Below, piece after piece: positions 1 to 7,307 of a DNA stretch of 62,575 nucleotides. The position numbers and the translations under genes are program-made. The notes beneath the pieces were generated by a model. It searched no databases. It was not told the origin of the DNA and saw only the letters and a list, made by a program, of their open reading frames with translations. The stretch's first letter is position 1; the number at the start of each line of letters is the position of its first letter. The stretch is from a virus (Duplodnaviria > Caudoviricetes): positions 1-62,575 of IMG/VR virus record IMGVR_UViG_3300006751_000011; one strand, given 5' to 3'.

Positions 1-2
1 AA

Positions 3-161
3 TTATATTTTGACAAGTTTGAAGATGAACTAAGTTCTAGCATTCCTGAGCCCACCACCGACGAATATGAAGACGAAGCCGCAGCAGCCGAAGAAGAAAC
101 TGAAGAGGCTGGCGACGACTTGGATTTAGGCGGAGAAGATGAGGAAGAATTGGAGCTTTAA
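3..161 (+). CDS. 3' end of an upstream gene with a very acidic C-terminus (partial)
   Basis: Frame 3 is open from the window edge and reads LYFDKFEDELSSSIPEPTTDEYEDEAAAAEEETEEAGDDLDLGGEDEEELEL, ending at TAA 159-161. Not in the ORF track. Confidence 0.75.
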   Translation, partial: LYFDKFEDELSSSIPEPTTDEYEDEAAAAEEETEEAGDDLDLGGEDEEELEL

Positions 162-173
162 ACAAACAACACA

Positions 174-182
174 CTATTTATA
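174..182 (+). promoter_or_regulatory. Putative phage late-promoter motif CTATTTATA
   Basis: Intergenic, upstream of the AGGAGG SD of ORF 216. The same CTANTTAY motif recurs in other intergenic gaps. Confidence 0.5.
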
Positions 183-215
183 ACAGACGATAGCAGTCTT
201 AGGAGGAAAAATGAT

Positions 216-1352
216 ATGCCAAGTCCAAAGAAAAGAAAGATCCGTAAGGCGGTAGGAAATACCCACCCAGGTGGAGTCCTTACAGACGCTCAAAAAACAG
301 ATACATTTGTTGAGGTTCTTTTAAGCGAAAATTCCCACAACTACGCCGCCTCGGATAATGGCGGCAGACCATTTACTAATGGTCAAGTTGTTTTGCTTAG
401 CACCGATGATTCCGACGATGGGCTTTTGACTGCTGGTGAGCACGATGCGACAACAGCAACCCCTGCTTTTGCAACAGTTGTTATTACTGGTAATCAAAAC
501 GCAGATACAGAGATTGGTATAACTGGTTCTGCTGGGCTTGCGAAGCTCTACACCTCAAAGACCAGTGAAACCCTGGGTTCACAACAGTTTAAGGGTAACG
601 GCGGCAACAATACTAATATTGCTACAAGCTTGAAAGATTGTATCTTACACAGTTCAGGTCATAATGGGGCAGTTAAAATTATTCAAAGTGGCGCGACACT
701 GACACTTTATCAAAATGTCGAAGGTTTGGCTGGTAACACTCCAATCGCTAGTGATTTAAATAATGCAACTGTCTCCACAACTTTTATTGGTGGAACGGAC
801 GCTATTAGCGCTACCAACTCCGGTGGTGGAATTCCTCACTACTGGTTTGATACAACAAACTCGGCTGCAACGGTTGTTGCCGCAGCAGTTGAAGGTTTGG
901 CGTTAACATCTTCTTCCGGTATCATATATGATCCATCCGGACCCAATTCAAAATATATTTCTGGTTGTGAAACTGTAAGCAGCGGCTCGGCAAAGTTCGT
1001 GGTTATTAGACCCACGACGTGGGACGCTAATGATGTTATCAATATTGAAATTGTCGGCGATACTAATGCTGGTTCTGGCACTTCTACTGCTGATAAACTG
1101 AGTCTTGCAATGGTTGCGGCTGATGGATCCGCTGGCTCCGCGATCAACGCGATTGGCGATTGGGATCTCGGCGGAACCGAGACTGCCGACGCTTTTACCA
1201 ACGTAACAGGCACAATTGATCATAACGCTCAGGTTTTTTTTGCTGAAGCTCCTGGCGGATTTTCAATTAAATGGGAACGCGACGCCGTAGGTCTCGCCGA
1301 AGCTGATATTAAAAAAGGCTGGTATATCCGTTGGACTGCAACTTCAGTCTAA
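216..1352 (+). CDS. Hypothetical Ser/Thr/Gly/Ala-rich protein, probably a virion structural or decoration protein
   Basis: 378-aa ORF with a strong AGGAGG SD, beta-rich composition and a late-type motif upstream. Confidence 0.55.
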   Translation: MPSPKKRKIRKAVGNTHPGGVLTDAQKTDTFVEVLLSENSHNYAASDNGGRPFTNGQVVLLSTDDSDDGLLTAGEHDATTATPAFATVVITGNQNADTEIGITGSAGLAKLYTSKTSETLGSQQFKGNGGNNTNIATSLKDCILHSSGHNGAVKIIQSGATLTLYQNVEGLAGNTPIASDLNNATVSTTFIGGTDAISATNSGGGIPHYWFDTTNSAATVVAAAVEGLALTSSSGIIYDPSGPNSKYISGCETVSSGSAKFVVIRPTTWDANDVINIEIVGDTNAGSGTSTADKLSLAMVAADGSAGSAINAIGDWDLGGTETADAFTNVTGTIDHNAQVFFAEAPGGFSIKWERDAVGLAEADIKKGWYIRWTATSV

Positions 1353-1364
1353 TAAGGTAGACTA

Positions 1365-2045
1365 ATGTCACAATTGCCGAATTTTACAAGAGGCACAAGA
1401 GGGGCGGACGAATCAAGATCTTCTGTAAAGGAGGTCTTAACGTCCAAGCCTCGTGCGGTCATTAAGCCCGACCATTCTCTTGGTCATTATGATCTATCTA
1501 GGCTGAAATCAAATTACAACATCGCCCCGCCGTCTAAACGTGGATGGACCGCCGCGAGCATTAGTTTTATTGTAAGCCACACAGCTTTATCGTTTTTCCA
1601 CGAACAATTATTAACTATAGTCGACCCAACCGGCAATAGCTGCGTTTTTGAGTTTGATTCCGGTAGTACATCTCAAACTGGGGTGAAAGTTCCTAGCAAC
1701 AGCAACCGCATAACAATAGGGATTCAAGGTCTCACAAGTCAAGCCGAACTCGCAGGACAGATTTTTACCACCGTCGGCGCATCTATCACACTGGAATTGC
1801 TTGCCAACATTGATATTGCAGCTGCTGCTATAGACGGCTCTTCTAATTATACCATAACTATAACTACATTAGCACCGTATATTGGTGCGTCACTTACACC
1901 ACCTTACACAAACTATGGCTCCTTCGCTGCCTCATACGACGGCGGACGCGGGCTGACCGATCAATCAGGTTCTCTAGGGACTAGTGGCGATGAAATAATC
2001 CAGCCGCCGTTCTCCCTAAATTCAAAAATCCTTCGCGGAGCATAA
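1365..2045 (+). CDS. Hypothetical protein, probably virion-associated
   Basis: 226 aa, S/T/G-rich, AAGGT SD, starts 12 nt after the previous stop. Confidence 0.5.
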   Translation: MSQLPNFTRGTRGADESRSSVKEVLTSKPRAVIKPDHSLGHYDLSRLKSNYNIAPPSKRGWTAASISFIVSHTALSFFHEQLLTIVDPTGNSCVFEFDSGSTSQTGVKVPSNSNRITIGIQGLTSQAELAGQIFTTVGASITLELLANIDIAAAAIDGSSNYTITITTLAPYIGASLTPPYTNYGSFAASYDGGRGLTDQSGSLGTSGDEIIQPPFSLNSKILRGA

Positions 2046-2056
2046 TGAGGTGATCG

Positions 2057-2437
2057 TTGTCTTGGAACAACAAAAGAAAACTTTACGGAGCTAACAAAGA
2101 CTATAGCGTCATTAGGAAACTTCGCAACGACGGGAAGACCAACGAGAAATTTGAAATTATGGTCGGTTCCTTAAGTCTAGAAGAATTAATCGCGCTTAAA
2201 CTTGAGTTGGCTTCAAAAACAATTGGTGGAAAACTTTACGGACTCCCGCTTTGGTATTCCCTTCCAGATATTGTTAAAGACGCTGTATTAAAATATGCCT
2301 TATCTGCCGCCCGCACCAAAATGGAGGCAGCTCGTTTCTTAGGCGTAAATAAAGAATATTTCTATAAGCTGACAAAAAAGTATGACGTAGATTCATTTTT
2401 TAAAGAAAAAAATGTTGACAGCGAACCCAAACAATAG
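2057..2437 (+). CDS. Fis-type helix-turn-helix DNA-binding protein
   Basis: TTG start with GAGGTG SD. The C-terminal LKYALSAARTKMEAARFLGVNKEYFYKLTKKY matches the Fis/HTH_8 pattern. Confidence 0.6.
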   Translation: MSWNNKRKLYGANKDYSVIRKLRNDGKTNEKFEIMVGSLSLEELIALKLELASKTIGGKLYGLPLWYSLPDIVKDAVLKYALSAARTKMEAARFLGVNKEYFYKLTKKYDVDSFFKEKNVDSEPKQ

Positions 2438-2443
2438 TATAGT
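2415..2443 (+). promoter_or_regulatory. sigma70-type promoter for the RNA gene cluster
   Basis: TTGACA (2415-2420), a 17-nt spacer and TATAGT (2438-2443). Confidence 0.8.
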
Positions 2444-2504
2444 TGAATACAACTTAAAACTGAACATCTTGTATATGATAAACTATAATAGGAAAGTAAG
2501 ACCT

Positions 2505-2647
2505 AAGTGCGTGGAGGTGCCAAACTTGGGCAGAGAATCGAGACTAGAATTTTTCATATAACGTTAGAACCTTCAATGGCTCTCTTGAAGTAATTAAAAG
2601 GAGCCTAGCTGCACTGGAGTGAAGATTCAGTGCCCTCCGCGCTTTTT
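2505..2647 (+). ncRNA. Putative structured non-coding RNA of unknown class
   Basis: Closing stem GCGTGGAGG (2509-2517) / CCTCCGCGC (2634-2642). Internal hairpins TGCC/GGCA, CTTCAA/TTGAAG and GCACTGGA/TTCAGTGC. The loop GGCTC is complementary to a downstream GAGCC. Lies between the promoter and tmRNA with no ORF in the track. Confidence 0.55.
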
Positions 2648-2664
2648 AAGATCTTTTACATTAT

Positions 2665-2976
2665 GGGGACGAACAGGTATCGACGAGGTGTCGAGGAATG
2701 CTTGTGCAAGGCTGTGTGAGTGTGGCACAGTAAAAAACACTCAACCTTTTAAACGCCAACGATAACGTTAGCTTTGATTACGCCCTAGCGGCATAATCAC
2801 GGGGTGGCAGCAACCTTGTTAACAAAAGCTGCAAAAGCAAGTTTCCAGTTTCTTTAAAGAACTGGTGGTGCGCCCAGCAGTATAAGTTTGTCAGAGTTCT
2901 TAAACTGACTAACCTTGTGAATGACAAACATTTCAAAACATTTTGGACGTGGGTTCGACTCCCACCGTCTCCACCA
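2665..2976 (+). ncRNA. ssrA: tmRNA (one-piece), tag peptide ANDNVSFDYALAA
   Basis: 5' GGGGACG..TCGAC and 3' GGTTCGACTCCCACCGTCTCCACCA give an acceptor stem with the G3.U alanine determinant and encoded CCA. pk1 is CTGTG/CACAG plus TGAGTGT/ACACTCA. The tag frame 2755-2796 ends YALAA-TAA. Confidence 0.97.
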
Positions 2977-2980
2977 ACAC

Positions 2981-3056
2981 GCCATCTTAGCTCAGCTGGT
3001 AGAGCAGCTGATTTGTAATCAGCAGGTCGTCAGTTCAAGTCTGACAGATGGCTCCA
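2981..3056 (+). tRNA. tRNA-Thr(TGT)
   Basis: Acceptor GCCATCT/AGATGGC, anticodon arm GCTGA-TTTGTAA-TCAGC, T-loop GTTCAAG, encoded CCA. Confidence 0.97.
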
Positions 3057-3062
3057 ATTTAA

Positions 3063-3135
3063 TGCGTGATAGCTCAGTTGGTAGAGCAGATGGCTGTTAA
3101 CCATCGGGTCGCAGGTTCGAGCCCTGCTCACGCAG
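3063..3135 (+). tRNA. tRNA-Asn(GTT), CCA not encoded
   Basis: Acceptor TGCGTGA/TCACGCA, anticodon arm GATGG-CTGTTAA-CCATC, T-loop GGTTCGAGCC. Confidence 0.95.
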
Positions 3136-3158
3136 CATTCACAAAAGGAAATTTTATT

Positions 3159-3542
3159 ATGAACCCAAGAAAGAGAAAAGCCCGCGTTTTAGCTGCCCTT
3201 GAGGAAGCGGCAAAGAGCGCTGCAAAAACTGAAACTTTGATAGATGATATTTTACTTAAACGAACTGCCGAAATGGCGGTTGAAACTGGTATGATTACAG
3301 AGAGTGAAGCGGCTATAGCGCTTAAATCACTTGAGAGAATTACACCACCTCCACTTGAAAAACCATTAACAAAGGAAACAACTGATGGCGAAAAGAAACA
3401 AACAACAACAACGCGACCTAAAAAAGCAAAGCCAGCAAAGCCAAAACGAACCGCAAAGCCAGCAAAGCCAAAACGAACCGCAAAGCCAAAACGAACCGCA
3501 AAGCCAGCAAAGCCAAAACGAACCAACAAAACCAAAGAATAA
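3159..3542 (+). CDS. Small protein with a basic histone-H1-like tail (AKPAKPKRT repeats)
   Basis: The track start at 3066 lies inside tRNA-Asn. The in-frame ATG at 3159 has an AAGGA SD. The C-terminus is K/P/A/R-rich. Confidence 0.6.
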   Translation: MNPRKRKARVLAALEEAAKSAAKTETLIDDILLKRTAEMAVETGMITESEAAIALKSLERITPPPLEKPLTKETTDGEKKQTTTTRPKKAKPAKPKRTAKPAKPKRTAKPKRTAKPAKPKRTNKTKE

Positions 3543-3693
3543 AAAATGGAAGCGAGTAGGAACCTTCGCGACCTTTGATGCTGCGTCTAAAATTAAAACA
3601 GAATTATTGTCTAACTCAGATAATTTAGATGTTAAAATCCGCCGCTGTGGCGACGGCGGAACACAGTTTCAAGTTAGAACCAGAAACCAGTAA
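3385..3693 (+). CDS. Small hypothetical protein overlapping the previous gene (QSQQSQNEP repeats, then a basic globular domain)
   Basis: ATG 3385 has an AAGGA SD. The non-repetitive C-terminal ~50 aa fill 3543-3693, the gap before tRNA-Arg. Confidence 0.6.
   Translation: MAKRNKQQQRDLKKQSQQSQNEPQSQQSQNEPQSQNEPQSQQSQNEPTKPKNKKWKRVGTFATFDAASKIKTELLSNSDNLDVKIRRCGDGGTQFQVRTRNQ
3426..3524 (+). repeat. Tandem repeat of 27/27/18/27-nt units (GCAAAGCCAGCAAAGCCAAAACGAACC)
   Basis: Exact units at 3426-3452, 3453-3479 and 3498-3524, plus a shortened 18-nt unit at 3480-3497. Confidence 0.95.
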
Positions 3694-3702
3694 AGCAACA
3701 AT

Positions 3703-3779
3703 GCTCCCATAGCTCAGCCGGATAGAGCAACAGCCTTCTAAGCTGTAGGTCACAGGTTCGAATCCTGTTGGGGGTGCCA
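3703..3779 (+). tRNA. tRNA-Arg(TCT)
   Basis: Anticodon arm ACAGC-CTTCTAA-GCTGT, T-loop GGTTCGAATCC, encoded CCA. Confidence 0.96.
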
Positions 3780-3786
3780 AACAACA

Positions 3787-4410
3787 ATGGAGAACAAGAT
3801 GAAAGATTTTAAGTGGGCTTCTTTTGATAATAAGACTGAAGACGATGGTGACAGTAATGATTCAAATGATACGAATCAGGTTTTAGCTACAAACAACAAA
3901 ATATATTTTTATTCAGAAGTAAGTCGCCCAAAAGTTCTTACGATGAATAAGAGTCTGTTCAATATTGGCGTTAGTATGCAAAATCGCGCAAATATTTTAG
4001 GAATGACAGATCCAGGCTGCATTTATCTTCATATCAATAGTTATGGTGGCAGTGTGTTTGCTGGAATGGCGGCTACTGACTATATCTTAAGTTCTCCAGT
4101 GCCCGTTGTAACTGTCATTGATGGGTGCGCAGCCAGCGCGGCAACTCTTATGAGTGTAGTTGGTTCACATCGCATGATGCATAAACATTCCTTTATGCTG
4201 ATCCACCAATTATCTTCTTGGACTGCTGGCAAATATGCAGAGATGCAAGATGATATGAAGAACAACGATCTTCTTATGAAGACAATCAAAGACATCTATA
4301 TTGAGCACACAAAGATCCCCAAAACCGAGCTTACTAAGATCCTTAAGCGCGATTTGTGGTGGGACGCCGAAAAGTGCCTGAAGTATGGATTAATTGATGA
4401 AATTATTTAA
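3787..4410 (+). CDS. clpP: ClpP-family (S14) protease
   Basis: HINSYGGSV, GCAASAA (catalytic Ser), MLIHQ (His) and RDLWWDAEKCLKYGLIDEI. Confidence 0.9.
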   Translation: MENKMKDFKWASFDNKTEDDGDSNDSNDTNQVLATNNKIYFYSEVSRPKVLTMNKSLFNIGVSMQNRANILGMTDPGCIYLHINSYGGSVFAGMAATDYILSSPVPVVTVIDGCAASAATLMSVVGSHRMMHKHSFMLIHQLSSWTAGKYAEMQDDMKNNDLLMKTIKDIYIEHTKIPKTELTKILKRDLWWDAEKCLKYGLIDEII

Positions 4411-4490
4411 GCTTTACCTGAAATAAAACTGCTTTTTCACTTACTTAAGCATACTTATTGACCACGATTTAGAATCAAGGGAAAATCGCT

Positions 4491-4745
4491 ATGAAATTAT
4501 TTATTACAACCATTGTTACAACCATCTTTGCCGTCTCTATGGTAGCATTCGTGCTGTCTTTCAACGCCTGTTTGAGTGCTCACGGAAGTGAGGTTTCCCC
4601 TGTGGATACTAAAGATGACGTTATAGACACAGAGGTATTTAATAACAGCGAAAAGACAGTCACCCCTGTTTACGATAAAGCTGAACTTATTGTCTTTAAT
4701 TCCGAAGGCAAGGTCGTCTTCAACGAGATCATTGACAGCATTTAG
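4491..4745 (+). CDS. Small protein with a signal peptide or N-terminal membrane anchor
   Basis: MK followed by a long hydrophobic stretch; AAGGGA SD. Confidence 0.6.
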   Translation: MKLFITTIVTTIFAVSMVAFVLSFNACLSAHGSEVSPVDTKDDVIDTEVFNNSEKTVTPVYDKAELIVFNSEGKVVFNEIIDSI

Positions 4746-4766
4746 TATCTGTTATAATACTACTTT

Positions 4767-4797
4767 AAAGCCGTGTCAGAAATGACACGGCTTTTTT
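4767..4797. terminator. Intrinsic terminator between convergent genes
   Basis: AAAGCCGTGTCA-GAAA-TGACACGGCTTT is a perfect 12-bp stem with a GAAA tetraloop, followed by a T-run. Confidence 0.9.
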
Positions 4798-5566
4798 ATA
4801 TGTTTAAGAATGGTCTCAATAGGGAACGAAAATATCTGTTAGACATATCCTCTTCTAGAGAACCATTAATAAATTCTCTCATAGCTTGATAATTTGGAGA
4901 TAGCGCGACATTATTAAAGTGTCTTATAACAGAATGGACCATTCCAATCAATTCGCCTTTCTGGTTGAATATTGGAGACCCAGAACTGCCCCCAAAAGCG
5001 GGCAAAGAATAGACACCCATACCTCGTTCGTTTGTGCCATTATAAAACCCTTGGAAGATCGGAACCATATTCCTAGAAAAGACTCCCAATGGCGCAGCGA
5101 TATTTAAAACTAAATCTCCTGGCACGGGGGCTCTCGGTGCAATTGTTACTTGAGGTTCAAATAAATCTTTCACCCAGACCAAACAAACATCATGGCGATT
5201 ATCAAACTTCACTATCCGCACTGGCTTTCTTTTGAGGTCTAAAGTAACAACAAAAAAATCTATTTTTAGTTCAGAAGACGGATCAGCTTCAACTTCTTTT
5301 TTTGTTTCTCTCTCATCACAGACGTGTGCGGCAGTCAAGACATAAGAGCCCTCTGGTCTATTTTGTATTATGACTCCAGAGGCGACAGCAGAGAAATTTC
5401 TTTCCATACAAGCTTCTTCACTACAACTTCTTATTACTAGTTCTTTTTCTAATTTGACAAAAGACTGTCTAGGCAATATTTTTTTGTAATCTATATTATG
5501 GCGCACAGCGCAGCTAGTCAGACAAAACATCAAAATTAGAAATATTGTCTTTTTTAACCTAACCAC
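4796..5566 (-). CDS. Trypsin-like (S1) serine protease, putative lipoprotein
   Basis: LTAAHVC, D and GGSSGSP catalytic motifs. The signal peptide ends LTSC (lipobox-like). The likely start is GTG at 5566 with a GAGG SD (track start 5596). Confidence 0.85.
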   Translation of the reverse strand: MVRLKKTIFLILMFCLTSCAVRHNIDYKKILPRQSFVKLEKELVIRSCSEEACMERNFSAVASGVIIQNRPEGSYVLTAAHVCDERETKKEVEADPSSELKIDFFVVTLDLKRKPVRIVKFDNRHDVCLVWVKDLFEPQVTIAPRAPVPGDLVLNIAAPLGVFSRNMVPIFQGFYNGTNERGMGVYSLPAFGGSSGSPIFNQKGELIGMVHSVIRHFNNVALSPNYQAMREFINGSLEEDMSNRYFRSLLRPFLNI

Positions 5567-5659
5567 ATTATTGACCTCACATCGCGACCATCTCAAATAT
5601 AACTAGAACTTATTAACACTAAAACTCTAATTATTAAAACAAAAGACTGCCACAAACAT

Positions 5660-5668
5660 CTATTTACT
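5660..5668 (+). promoter_or_regulatory. Putative late-promoter motif CTATTTACT
   Basis: In the divergent intergenic gap upstream of phoH. A minus-strand copy CTAGTTATA lies at 5598-5606. Confidence 0.45.
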
Positions 5669-5699
5669 TCAGTTGCTAATAAAAAAGAGAGATCTGAAA

Positions 5700-7022
5700 A
5701 TGGCAAAAAAAACGTATCTGCTGGATACAAGTGTTTATCTTACAGACGCCAACGCTTTAAATGCATATGGTAATAACGATATCCTCATCCCTTTGAAGGT
5801 GCTTGAGGAGATTGATAAGCACAAAAAGCGTCAGGATGGTGTTGGCACAAACGCTCGTAAAATTATTCGTACATTTGATAATCTTCGCTCTAGGGGTAAT
5901 CTCAATAAGGGCGTGCGTATACGAAAGGGCAAGGGTATCGCTTTCGCGAAGACTTTTGATCCGGAAGACTTACCGATCAGCTTTGATAAAGAAGATCCCG
6001 ATAATCATATTATCGGAACTGCACTGACTGAAATAAGGAACAATCCGCGAAGGAAAGTCATTGTTGTCTCGCGAGATATTAATATGCGCGTAAAGTGCGA
6101 CGCGGTAGGGATTCCTGGTGAGGATTACAATGCGGCACAGATTGTCAGAGAGGGAAGTGAAATATTCACAGGTCTTGTATCACACCTCGTCGACGATCAG
6201 GTCGTGGACCGCTTTTATGATAATACAGAAGATGTTGTTTTAGAAAAAGAAGATGGAAAATTCTTTCCTAATCAATTTGTAATGCTGGTATCAAGCTCAA
6301 ATGAGAAAAAAACTGCACTATGCCGGTTCGTGGGCTATGGTTCTCCGCTAAAGCCCGTACAGAGCCATAAGTCGGGCGTCTGGGGCGTTACACCGCGCAA
6401 CAAAGAGCAAACCTTCTCGCTTGATCTTTTACTGGATCCAACGGTACAAGTTGTATCACTGATTGGCAAGGCAGGAAGTGGAAAAACCCTCCTCGCCGTC
6501 GCTGCCGGATTACATCAGGTTATGGAAGAAAATAAACAATCAATATATAGAAGATTGGTAATATCTAGACCAGTACAACCAATGGGTAGAGATATAGGAT
6601 TCCTTCCAGGCACATTAGAAGAGAAGATGGCACCCTGGCTCGCTCCGATTCAAGACAATTTACAATTTTTAATGGGAAATGATAAAGTAACACTTGACAT
6701 GTATATGGAAAGTGGTACAATAGAACTGGAAGCGTTGACCTATATTCGCGGTCGTTCCATCGCCAACGCATATATTATTATTGACGAAGCTCAAAATTTA
6801 TCTAGCCACGAAATGAAAACCATGTTAACAAGAGTCGGAGAAGGTACTAAAATAATCTTGACTGGTGACGTTGAGCAAATTGACAACGTTTATGTCGATG
6901 AAACAACAAATGGTCTAACGCATGTTATTGAGAGATTTAAAAACCAGTCAGTAGCAGGACATATCACGTTATTAAAGGGTGAGAGATCCAAAGTCGCGAC
7001 CATAGCAGCAAAGGTATTATAG
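5700..7022 (+). CDS. phoH: PIN-domain plus PhoH ATPase (PhoH2 type)
   Basis: N-terminal PIN motifs LLDTSV, LEEID, DNHI and SRDINMRVK. Walker A GKAGSGKT, GFLPG, RGRS and IIDEAQN. Likely start ATG 5700. Confidence 0.93.
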   Translation: MAKKTYLLDTSVYLTDANALNAYGNNDILIPLKVLEEIDKHKKRQDGVGTNARKIIRTFDNLRSRGNLNKGVRIRKGKGIAFAKTFDPEDLPISFDKEDPDNHIIGTALTEIRNNPRRKVIVVSRDINMRVKCDAVGIPGEDYNAAQIVREGSEIFTGLVSHLVDDQVVDRFYDNTEDVVLEKEDGKFFPNQFVMLVSSSNEKKTALCRFVGYGSPLKPVQSHKSGVWGVTPRNKEQTFSLDLLLDPTVQVVSLIGKAGSGKTLLAVAAGLHQVMEENKQSIYRRLVISRPVQPMGRDIGFLPGTLEEKMAPWLAPIQDNLQFLMGNDKVTLDMYMESGTIELEALTYIRGRSIANAYIIIDEAQNLSSHEMKTMLTRVGEGTKIILTGDVEQIDNVYVDETTNGLTHVIERFKNQSVAGHITLLKGERSKVATIAAKVL

Positions 7023-7307
7023 ATGAAAACTAAGATAGAATTTTTGAACAAAGATGAAAATGCGGTGACTGGATTATCAGATGTAGTGGAGCCGGATACA
7101 GATTTAAAAAATATGCTTGTGGAATACGTCGGCGAGAAAAAGAGCCCGGACGGAAACGTCACGGTGGAAATGATTGTTGATACCATGGCAGAAGAATTTC
7201 CAGACTTTGTGTTAGCCTTAGCAGAAGAAAACTGGGTCCGAGGGTATCAACAGGCTTTTTATGATCTTCGCGGAGACCTAGAAGATAATGACGACCAACC
7301 GCAATAA
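7023..7307 (+). CDS. Small acidic hypothetical protein
   Basis: 94-aa ORF abutting the phoH stop, AAGGT SD. Confidence 0.7.
   Translation: MKTKIEFLNKDENAVTGLSDVVEPDTDLKNMLVEYVGEKKSPDGNVTVEMIVDTMAEEFPDFVLALAEENWVRGYQQAFYDLRGDLEDNDDQPQ

Noticed and set aside
216-254. MPSPKKRKIRK resembles an SV40-type nuclear localisation signal, hinting at a eukaryotic virus
   Set aside because: SD sequences, sigma70 promoters, tmRNA and baseplate genes indicate a bacteriophage. Basic N-termini occur on several proteins here.
2489-2500. AGGAAAGT resembles RNase P RNA conserved region I
   Set aside because: No matching CR-V/P4 partner is visible and the space before tmRNA is short.
2566-2584. CTTCAAT as a UCA (Sec or opal suppressor) anticodon loop
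   Set aside because: There is no flanking anticodon stem or T-loop. The bases pair better with TTGAAG.
3066-3158. N-terminal extension of the ORF-track protein 3066..3542
   Set aside because: It overlaps tRNA-Asn. The real start is probably ATG 3159.
3426-3524. Possible mini CRISPR array, given the Cas4-like gene
   Set aside because: The repeats are directly adjacent with no unique spacers and lie in coding frames.
3128-3535. Minus-strand hydrophobic repeat ORF (FGFAGFAVR)n
   Set aside because: It is the antisense shadow of the tandem repeat and runs into tRNA-Asn.
7020-7025. TAG recoding or readthrough (in-frame TAG-ATG at phoH, and TAG 57903 in frame with ATG 57916)
   Set aside because: Other TAG stops (8396, 15194, 20083, 33201) are followed by out-of-frame genes. 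Long genes are intact under code 11, and there is no suppressor tRNA in the window.
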